DNA of 35,675 bases from an uncultured Eubacteriales bacterium. Lineage in GTDB: Bacteria > Bacillota > Clostridia > Christensenellales > UBA1242. Location of the stretch: NCBI GenBank assembly GCA_900556185.1, contig USNN01000001.1, positions 1 to 35,675 of the forward strand. Reading direction: 5' to 3'. The number at the start of each line of letters is the position of its first letter. Position 1 is the stretch's first letter. The notes under the pieces were generated by a model. The model saw only the letters and a list, made by a program, of their open reading frames with translations. It was not told where the DNA came from and did not search any database. This document shows, piece after piece, positions 29,140 through 35,675 of the stretch. The position numbers were made by a program, and so were the translations under genes.

Positions 29140-29167
29140 ATTATAGCACAAAAATTTAAGAAGTCAA
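29140..29167 (-). promoter_or_regulatory. extended -10 promoter placed only ~10 nt upstream of the protease ATG
   Basis: On the minus strand: TTGACT (29167-29162), a 16-nt spacer, then TGcTATAAT (-10 at 29145-29140). Only cataactatt separates the -10 element from the ATG at 29129, and there is no Shine-Dalgarno sequence. Confidence 0.55.
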
Positions 29168-29857
29168 CTAAATTTTAAATATTTATTTTCGCATAGTTCC
29201 AAATAAATTTTGTATTATCAATAGTCTAAAATTATAAAATTTTAACAAACTTAAGAACTTGTATTTTAACCATTTTGCAGATGTGTTTACATCTCCTACT
29301 ATATATTGCTTTCCAAATAATTAACTTTCTTGTTGGTTTTTATTGCGTATCCAATTTCAGATTTTGTGCTACGGCAAAGCGTTATTTATCACCTTATACT
29401 TCCAAACCAATATTATCAGCCTTACCTCTAACATCTGTTTTTACGACCCCAAAAGCATCACTTGAAGTTATTTTTAACCAAATCTTGGACCTTCATTTTG
29501 ATAGTATAAATTCATATCTATATTATAACTATCAGCCAAATATATTTGCCATTCATTAGAAAAATCTTTTTCTTTTTGGTCTACAAACACCATAAAAGAA
29601 TTTTTACCAACGCAAAAAAAATTCTTTCTTTTCGATACTTGTCATCAAGATTTATAAATAATGTTCCATTACTCGACTTATCAAAATCGACACCCAATTC
29701 CGTTAAATTAGCATTAATTTTAGGTCCAACAAGCCTTATAAAATTATGTATATTATTTAAAGATATTTTTTGTTCTACCTTACAAACTCCTTAAGTGGTT
29801 TTTAAGTTAAAATTACTACTCTGAAGCCACTCCTTATCCTGCAATAAAATTAACTAT

Positions 29858-30202
29858 TTACTCCATTGTTAAATTATCATTTCTCTGTTCCAATTCTTTT
29901 AATTTTCTAAGTGTTTCTTTATATCGCTTATCTATTAGTGCTTTATATTCTTCATAGGTTGACACAATTAAAGCATTATCAATCTTATTAGCGTCTTCTC
30001 TTAATAACTTATAAACTTTATATGTTAAATCTTTATTTACTTCATTTAGATGGCGAGATACTTTTAATGCCACTATAGGATTTGTAAAAAATACGCCTGT
30101 GTTTTCACTACGAAACATTACGGCACTATCATATTGCTTTAATGTCCTATTAGCAATTTTCGCCCCTTTTTTATTTGTTTCATATTTAATAGCAAACAAC
30201 AT
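29858..30202 (-). CDS. hypothetical protein
   Basis: I placed the start at MLFAIKY (30202) because AAGGAG lies 7 nt upstream. The product is 114 aa with a coiled-coil C-terminus and no recognisable domain. Confidence 0.55.
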   Translation of the reverse strand: MLFAIKYETNKKGAKIANRTLKQYDSAVMFRSENTGVFFTNPIVALKVSRHLNEVNKDLTYKVYKLLREDANKIDNALIVSTYEEYKALIDKRYKETLRKLKELEQRNDNLTME

Positions 30203-30422
30203 ATCAACACTCCTTAATTGCTTTAATATTAACATATTACAGAAAACTTTTCAATATTAATTTTGACATTAGTCTAATACTTTTCTAATTAATTTCATTA
30301 GGCACAAAAAACATAATATCAACCTCAACTTTTCTTTCTTCACTCTTATTTTTTATTTCTAAAATAATCCGAGAATGTAATGAAAAGTGAAAAACTAAAA
30401 AATAAAAATGAAAAATACAAAC

Positions 30423-30453
30423 TAAAAAAATCCGAACCACTTGGCTCGGATTA
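30423..30453 (-). terminator. rho-independent terminator after tRNA-Ser
   Basis: ATCCGA(a)CCA pairs with TGG(c)TCGGAT (30430-30452). On the minus strand a T7 run follows. Confidence 0.8.
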
Positions 30454-30461
30454 TTTTAGTT

Positions 30462-30552
30462 TGGCGGAGAGTTCGGGATTCGAACCCGAGCGGCAGTTTC
30501 CCACCCTAAGGCCTTAGCAGGGCCTCCTCTTCGGCCTCTTGAGTAACTCTCC
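30462..30552 (-). tRNA. tRNA-Ser (anticodon GCU), class II with long variable arm, CCA encoded
   Basis: Folded by hand from the reverse complement GGAGAGT-TA-CTC...GAG-G-AGGCC-CTGCTAA-GGCCT-(19-nt variable arm)-TCGGG-TTCGAAT-CCCGA-ACTCTCC-G-CCA. The acceptor stem (7 bp) and the anticodon and T stems (5 bp each) all pair; the D stem is the 3-bp CTC/GAG. Confidence 0.9.
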
Positions 30553-30604
30553 AAAGTTAAATTTTCACCATTCGTGTGGACCGCCCACGAATTGCTACCC
30601 TTTT

Positions 30605-30633
30605 ATTATACTAACCTAAGCGATAAATTGCAA
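30605..30633 (-). promoter_or_regulatory. sigma-70 promoter for tRNA-Ser
   Basis: On the minus strand: TTGCAA (30633-30628), a 17-nt spacer, then TATAAT (30610-30605). This sits about 50 nt upstream of the tRNA 5' end. Confidence 0.7.
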
Positions 30634-30751
30634 CCCTTTTTTGAAAAATTATCTGATAAATTTACCAGAGTTTAGTGCGAGTTGAAATTTAAGATTTTTA
30701 GTTAAAACCTCAACTCGCAAACACTAAAACACAAAACCCATAAACACAAAA

Positions 30752-31099
30752 TTAGTCCAATAAAAAACTTATTGGCAAAACCATAACCGTGCCCTTAGCG
30801 TCGCTTTTAAAATTGGCTATAGCGTAAATTTCTTTAACTATTGGGTATGCTAGTTCTTCTTTTACCACTAGTAGCACCATTTCCTTTTCGGGAGCAATTT
30901 CCATACCAAATAACCGTTTTTTACTAACTGTTTCGCCCCGACCGTTCACAATCATAGCACCTTTCCCACCTGCATTTGTGGCACTCTTAACCACTTCGTA
31001 AGCGTATCCCTTTTTAACGATAGCCACCACAAGTTTATGTTGTTGTTCTTTTATTTCGTCATTAAAAATTAAGTCGTTTGGTGTTGTTTCTTTTTCCAT
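30752..31099 (-). CDS. P-II-like (GlnB-fold) small signalling protein
   Basis: 115 aa. The beta-alpha-beta pattern (KLVVAIVKKGYAYEVVKSATNAGGKGAMIVNGRG...KEMVLLVV) is typical of P-II family proteins found next to DUF1538 genes. Confidence 0.7.
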   Translation of the reverse strand: MEKETTPNDLIFNDEIKEQQHKLVVAIVKKGYAYEVVKSATNAGGKGAMIVNGRGETVSKKRLFGMEIAPEKEMVLLVVKEELAYPIVKEIYAIANFKSDAKGTVMVLPISFLLD

Positions 31100-31108
31100 A
31101 ACTCCCTC

Positions 31109-31474
31109 CTAAATAAATAAACCCTTAGACCCCATATATCCGTCTACATCCAAGGTAAACCCAAGCCCATTACCAGGTTCGGCAAAATTAAATTCGGCAT
31201 TAAGTGCAACAAGCAAGTTGTCTGCGTCTTCTTTTCTTGCACACGCAAACACAAGCACATTTTTAATAGTTTGAATACCAAGTAACTCCAAACTCTTATT
31301 TTTACTAATACCTTCGCCAACGGCACTAATAACCACTCTGCCACCAAGTTCACCTATTCGCCTTATTAAGTTCTTTTCAAATTCGGGCTTAACAATAATT
31401 ACAATAAACTTTAACTCGTCTATTTCGTCTAGTGTAAAAACTTTTTTTACACTGCCATTATCTTTAACTTTCAT
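31109..31474 (-). CDS. P-II-like (GlnB-fold) small protein, divergent paralogue
   Basis: 121 aa with FIVIIVKPEFEKNLIRRIGELGGRVVISAVGEG...VLVFACARKEDAD. Its start abuts the DUF1538 stop with no spacer. Confidence 0.6.
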   Translation of the reverse strand: MKVKDNGSVKKVFTLDEIDELKFIVIIVKPEFEKNLIRRIGELGGRVVISAVGEGISKNKSLELLGIQTIKNVLVFACARKEDADNLLVALNAEFNFAEPGNGLGFTLDVDGYMGSKGLFI

Positions 31475-32992
31475 TTATCTTTCCCCCAACACAAATTGGT
31501 CGTGCACCTTTTGTAGTTTAGATATATTAGAATATTCATCTTCAGTTCTAGACAAACTAACCAAAATTTTAGCGGTCTTCCTCGCTTCTCTAGATAGTAA
31601 CACTCTATACGCAATACCAAGTATTTCCATAACTAAAATTGGAGTCATACACAAAATGGCTATCATTCCAAAGCCACCCAAACTAGACCCGCTTAGTCCC
31701 ATAATTATTGGGAACAGAAATGCGACTGTCATAGTGCCAGTTGCAACGCCCGAACTATCAAAAGCAATGGCAACAAATAGGTTTGGCGTGAACGCCATAA
31801 GCAAAAACGCAAGCCCATAAATAATGCCAACATACCACCAAATAGAAATTCCAAATCTAACTTTTAAAACGCAAAGCACCATAGACGCCATCACCGAAAC
31901 AGCAATAGCTACCACAACAACCCCGCTTTTTATGTTTCGGTTTGTGGTTTCTTCAATTTGGTTTGCTAAAATTCGGATAGTTGGTTCACTAAACACAATT
32001 AAAAACCCAAGTAATGCACAAATTAAAATAATTATGCCAGTGTTATTAATATTTCTCAAAATTCCACCTAAACATTCACCCATACCAGAAAGCCCATAGT
32101 TAATGCCAAACAAAAATAGATAGAACCCAACAAAAGTAATAAGCGAGCCAACAATAAGTTTCTTCTTTTCTTGCTTAGATATTTTAATGAAAATGGCTTC
32201 AAATATAAAGAATACAATAACCAGTGGAACAATTGAAAAACTTACATCTTTAAGCGTTTCTAGCCATAGTGGAGTGCTAGATGTTTCCACCACTTCGCCC
32301 CCGTTAGACCTACCAGTAATTATAGTTAAAATAAGAACGGCGATAATAGGACCAACGGACGACATTGCAATAAAGCCAAAATTGTCTTCATCTTTTCGCT
32401 TCGCACCCGAGGTTATACCAGCAATACCAACACCCAAGGCTAGTAAAAATGGCGACGTAACAACGCCAGTGGTGTTCCCACCCGTATCTAAACTCATACT
32501 AAGCGCATCGCTTCCAGCAAATATTGCAAGAATAAAGCATACCGCATACGAAATTAAAAGAGTTAATTTTAAACTAAATTTGGTTGCCACTCTAATTAGT
32601 GCAAGCGATATATACACACCCACACCAACACCAGCAACAATTAAAAACACGAACTTGTTAAAATTGAACCCTGCCCCAATAACTTCACCTGCAAACACTT
32701 GCATATCTGGCTCGGCTATGGTTGAAAAAATTCCAAACACAAGTCCAAATATTATATAAACAAAAAAGTGATTATTAGACTGCACCGAACCGCCGACAAA
32801 CTCACCCATCGGTTCAATACTTTTTTCAATACCAATTAAAAATATTACTTGCCCAACAATTAAAATTCCGCACCCAATAAAAAAGTTGACAAAAGTATTT
32901 GTGTCTATTTTCTGCACAAATAAGTGCATAACAAGCACAAACACAATGATTGGTAAAAGAGAAAACAAAATTGTTTTAAATTTTTTAATCAT
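31475..32992 (-). CDS. DUF1538-family polytopic membrane protein (two-repeat putative transporter)
   Basis: 505 aa with about 12 TM helices in two similar halves. The genomic pairing with P-II-like genes is characteristic of this family. Confidence 0.7.
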   Translation of the reverse strand: MIKKFKTILFSLLPIIVFVLVMHLFVQKIDTNTFVNFFIGCGILIVGQVIFLIGIEKSIEPMGEFVGGSVQSNNHFFVYIIFGLVFGIFSTIAEPDMQVFAGEVIGAGFNFNKFVFLIVAGVGVGVYISLALIRVATKFSLKLTLLISYAVCFILAIFAGSDALSMSLDTGGNTTGVVTSPFLLALGVGIAGITSGAKRKDEDNFGFIAMSSVGPIIAVLILTIITGRSNGGEVVETSSTPLWLETLKDVSFSIVPLVIVFFIFEAIFIKISKQEKKKLIVGSLITFVGFYLFLFGINYGLSGMGECLGGILRNINNTGIIILICALLGFLIVFSEPTIRILANQIEETTNRNIKSGVVVVAIAVSVMASMVLCVLKVRFGISIWWYVGIIYGLAFLLMAFTPNLFVAIAFDSSGVATGTMTVAFLFPIIMGLSGSSLGGFGMIAILCMTPILVMEILGIAYRVLLSREARKTAKILVSLSRTEDEYSNISKLQKVHDQFVLGER

Positions 32993-33015
32993 TTGTCAAC
33001 TTTCCTTAGAATTAA

Positions 33016-33567
33016 TTAAAAACTATCGCCACCACCGAAATCGCCAGTAATAATGTCTATATCAATACCCTTTTTCTTTTTTGCTGGCTTTTTAGCCTTT
33101 TCCTTTTTAGGTGGTTCTGGTTTTACTTCTTCTTTTTTAGGTTCATCATCAAATAAACTTTCTTCTGGTTCGTCTTCCAATTTTTCGTCATCTATAGACT
33201 TAAACAATTCGTCAAATAAATCACGAGTAGGCTTTTTCTTTTCACCACCGCCATCCGTCACAAGGTCAATAGGCTTAATTTTTGGAGTTTCAGTTGGCTT
33301 AACGTAACTACGAACATCCACGACCTTACTACTTGCAAGTTGTCCATTAGAAACCCCAATATACTTAGTACCATACATTTTTGCAATGCTTTTAGGTGTT
33401 TCAATATTTTCAGCAAAAGGGTTAATAATTTTGTCATCTCGTTCTTTTTTAATTACATCCATCATATTGTCGGATGAAACAACTGCATTATTATCTGCAT
33501 TTTCTACCGAAACCTTATTTTCTTCTTTTTTATTATCTTTTTTCTTTCTATTAAAAAACCAACCCAT
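33016..33567 (-). CDS. hypothetical Lys/Glu-rich low-complexity protein
   Basis: 183-aa ORF. The N-terminus reads MGWFFNRKKKDNKKEENK and the C-terminal region is a charged KPEPPKKEKAKKPAKKKK stretch. No enzyme motifs. Confidence 0.55.
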   Translation of the reverse strand: MGWFFNRKKKDNKKEENKVSVENADNNAVVSSDNMMDVIKKERDDKIINPFAENIETPKSIAKMYGTKYIGVSNGQLASSKVVDVRSYVKPTETPKIKPIDLVTDGGGEKKKPTRDLFDELFKSIDDEKLEDEPEESLFDDEPKKEEVKPEPPKKEKAKKPAKKKKGIDIDIITGDFGGGDSF

Positions 33568-33577
33568 ATGGCTCTCC

Positions 33578-35675
33578 TTAGTATTTTATTTCAAGCACTA
33601 ATTGCTTCCCAGGTGCAAGCACAATATTTTCAATCCTAGGACTAGTAACATCAATTTGGTAATTTTTAACTTTTTTCACGCCTTTAGGTAAAATTAGGTT
33701 AAACCTAGTTTGCTTGGTAGCTTTTAGAGTAACTACCATATTGCCACGCTTATCATCAAACGAAACATCAACTAAACAATTTTGCCTTGTTAGCACATTT
33801 TTAATAGACCCTTCCACAAAACTAGATGGCTTGGCTGGCAAAACCATAATGTTGTTATTATAGTCTAGCACCATACTCTCCATAATAGTTGTGCAAAATA
33901 GCATATTGCCCGCTAGATTTATAAAGTTATCACCATCAACAAACGCACAATAGTTAGACTTGTCCGCATTTAAAAACATTAGATTGTCGCCCAAAAAGTT
34001 GTTAATTAAATATCTTAGTATTGTGTTAGATGCCACTCCTTGACCCAAAATTGCAGACACTTCTGCCATTCTCCCAAGCGATGTTAGATTCTGCGAAAAT
34101 AACGCCTTGTCTACCTTATACGCAAGCGTATTTAAGTAAGGTGCAATACTTGTTGCATTAGCGTTACTATTAACTTCGTGCTCACCATACACACCAAAGA
34201 ATTGTAGATACCCCGAACTAAGAGTGCTATTTTCTTCATCTCTAAATTCTTTTATTTCGTTCTTTTCAATAGGAAGAACGGGCATTTTATTTAAAAAGTT
34301 TTGATACTCTACAATCTTTTCGACAGTTACAGCGTAAATATTAGCAACATTCATAATATTGTTTAAAAGCGTTCTTACAACAACAAAGTCGGCTGTTGAG
34401 TTAGCGTAAACTCCAATATCTCTGTTTTCAAAATACTTAGATTTTCCACATGGTGAAAAACTAGGCACACTATTTAGTTTGCCATCTGCACCAACAAAAA
34501 AGTAATTTAGGTAAAAGTCTGCCACACTAGTCATAAATGGCAACGCTTCATTTTTCAAAAACTTAAGGTCTTTGGTGTATAAAAAGTAATCATAGAATAA
34601 ATTTGCAATAACCGCCCCGCCAGTAACTATGCTTATATCTGCACTTTTAATAGATGCAGGTAACCCACTATCTGAAACAAAATATTCTGGAACCATAAAA
34701 CCCTTAGACTTATACACTCTATAAGCGTTTTTCTTAAGGTCGTCTTGATATTTTAAAAAGTATTTAATAACCGAATACATTTTATCTAACCCACCAAACA
34801 TAAACGCAGGCGAATATAAAGCGGTAAGGTTTGTGCTAGTGCCGGCTAAGGCTCGCTTATTATCGTAGTGCTTACCCCAAAGCCCAGTTACCATTGGTGC
34901 AAAAAAATCATTTGGCAAACCAACAGCAAATAAATACTTGCCAAAATTAAACAACTTTTCATAAAGCAGTGTAGAACTATCATTAAACTCTGCAAGCAGG
35001 TTTTCAATTGCATCGTCCTTTTCTTTAGATACATTAAGTTCAACCGCTGGCAAACATTTAGAAAAAATAGATAAATGCTTTTTAAATGAATTAATGTAAC
35101 TAAGTTGACGCATAGAAAGCAGTTCGTGCTTATATTTTTCTATCACCTTTTCTTTGGCTTTAGCGACATAAGTTTTAACTATAATTAAAATCTTTTCGGC
35201 GTTTTCAATTTTTAATTTATCGTCAGCAATTTGCAAAATAGCTTTAGTATCCACAACCACCCTTGCAAGTGCACCATACACCATTCCAGCATACTCAAAC
35301 TCGTAGCCAAGCAAAGACCCCGTTACCGTTTTGTTTTCATTATCAAAGTCAACACACCTAGTATCGTCAAAAATAGAATTGGTTTTATCATGATTAACCA
35401 CACTAAGGTTAACAGCAATTGGCGACGCGCCAACCTTATTTAGTTCAAAATACACAAGGTCATCATCAAACGAAACAAAACACTTTCTTTCAAACTTTGT
35501 GCCATTAGATGTAAAATTAACGCTAGCTTCTTCGTCGGTTAAACTTAAAACTCTAGAGTATGCACTAAGTTTAGCAGGAATAGTCTGTTCCATAATTAAA
35601 TCACAAATAGGCACCATAGAATATTTAACTGGGTTGTATTTTTTATTTTCAAAAGCACGCTCTAAAACAGCCCCC
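33578..35675 (-). CDS. GH95-like glycoside hydrolase (alpha-L-fucosidase family), 5' end beyond the window
   Basis: The frame stays open from the listed Met (35617) to the window edge (GAVLERAFENKKYNPVKYS-MVPI...). The N-terminal beta-sandwich segment (YSRVLSLTDEEASVNFTSNGTKFERKCFVSFDDDLVYFEL) and the large alpha-helical body resemble the GH95 layout. Confidence 0.6.
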   Translation of the reverse strand, partial: GAVLERAFENKKYNPVKYSMVPICDLIMEQTIPAKLSAYSRVLSLTDEEASVNFTSNGTKFERKCFVSFDDDLVYFELNKVGASPIAVNLSVVNHDKTNSIFDDTRCVDFDNENKTVTGSLLGYEFEYAGMVYGALARVVVDTKAILQIADDKLKIENAEKILIIVKTYVAKAKEKVIEKYKHELLSMRQLSYINSFKKHLSIFSKCLPAVELNVSKEKDDAIENLLAEFNDSSTLLYEKLFNFGKYLFAVGLPNDFFAPMVTGLWGKHYDNKRALAGTSTNLTALYSPAFMFGGLDKMYSVIKYFLKYQDDLKKNAYRVYKSKGFMVPEYFVSDSGLPASIKSADISIVTGGAVIANLFYDYFLYTKDLKFLKNEALPFMTSVADFYLNYFFVGADGKLNSVPSFSPCGKSKYFENRDIGVYANSTADFVVVRTLLNNIMNVANIYAVTVEKIVEYQNFLNKMPVLPIEKNEIKEFRDEENSTLSSGYLQFFGVYGEHEVNSNANATSIAPYLNTLAYKVDKALFSQNLTSLGRMAEVSAILGQGVASNTILRYLINNFLGDNLMFLNADKSNYCAFVDGDNFINLAGNMLFCTTIMESMVLDYNNNIMVLPAKPSSFVEGSIKNVLTRQNCLVDVSFDDKRGNMVVTLKATKQTRFNLILPKGVKKVKNYQIDVTSPRIENIVLAPGKQLVLEIKY

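Noticed and set aside
29275-29794. Two overlapping plus-strand ORFs (94 and 82 aa) in the ORF-poor stretch
   Set aside because: Neither has a ribosome-binding site, and both translate to implausible Phe/Leu/Ile-rich peptides. The region is better explained as a decayed minus-strand gene.
30361-30457. 13-nt inverted repeat AAAATAATCCGAG (30361-30373) / CTCGGATTATTTT (30445-30457)
   Set aside because: One arm is simply part of the tRNA-Ser terminator hairpin. The sequence is AT-rich, the spacer is 71 nt, and no att-like or transposon-end context supports it. It is probably chance or a remnant of a duplicated terminator.
30677-30718. 9-bp inverted repeat GCGAGTTGA...TCAACTCGC with a 24-nt loop downstream of the P-II gene
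   Set aside because: It is likely just a weak, U-tract-less transcript-end hairpin for the DUF1538/P-II operon. Nothing else distinguishes it.
32187-32759. 190-aa plus-strand ORF (also 31824-32099, 2603-3001, 1340-1555, 14726-15058, 20319-20654, 21379-21863)
   Set aside because: All are antisense shadows inside well-supported minus-strand genes (DUF1538, polA, wzx, the sugar-pathway genes). None has a translation signal.

Overview
AT-rich, standard-code bacterial chromosome segment with Bacillota-like gene content and near-consensus sigma-70 promoters. Most genes lie on the minus strand.

Layout:
- 0-14.7 kb: core housekeeping and envelope genes (SLT transglycosylase, polA, GT28 glycolipid synthase, ndk, gap, class II fba). 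This stretch also holds three decayed or interrupted genes: a frameshifted M23 peptidase, a LPG-synthase-TM/flippase-like gene broken at an A5 run, and an internally deleted tyrosine-recombinase relic.
- 14.7-22.0 kb: surface-polysaccharide operon. It encodes a Wzx-type flippase, two glycosyltransferases and a three-enzyme UDP-2-acetamido-2,6-dideoxy-L-hexose pathway.
- about 22.1-30.45 kb: accessory block of unrecognisable small genes ending at the 3' end of tRNA-Ser(GCU).
- 30.7-35.7 kb: DUF1538 membrane protein with two P-II-like genes, a Lys/Glu-rich protein, and a GH95-like hydrolase that runs off the window edge.

The accessory block is the most interesting part. It contains (a) a translationally coupled WYL-regulator plus standalone FtsK-gamma-domain operon, and (b) a cassette of a membrane-anchored trypsin-like protease, an exported glycine-zipper protein with a C-terminal toxin-like module, and a tightly coupled putative immunity gene, followed by further orphan genes.

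No CRISPR array, rRNA or intact mobile element was seen. All functional calls come from motif recognition by eye in the supplied translations; no database search was run.
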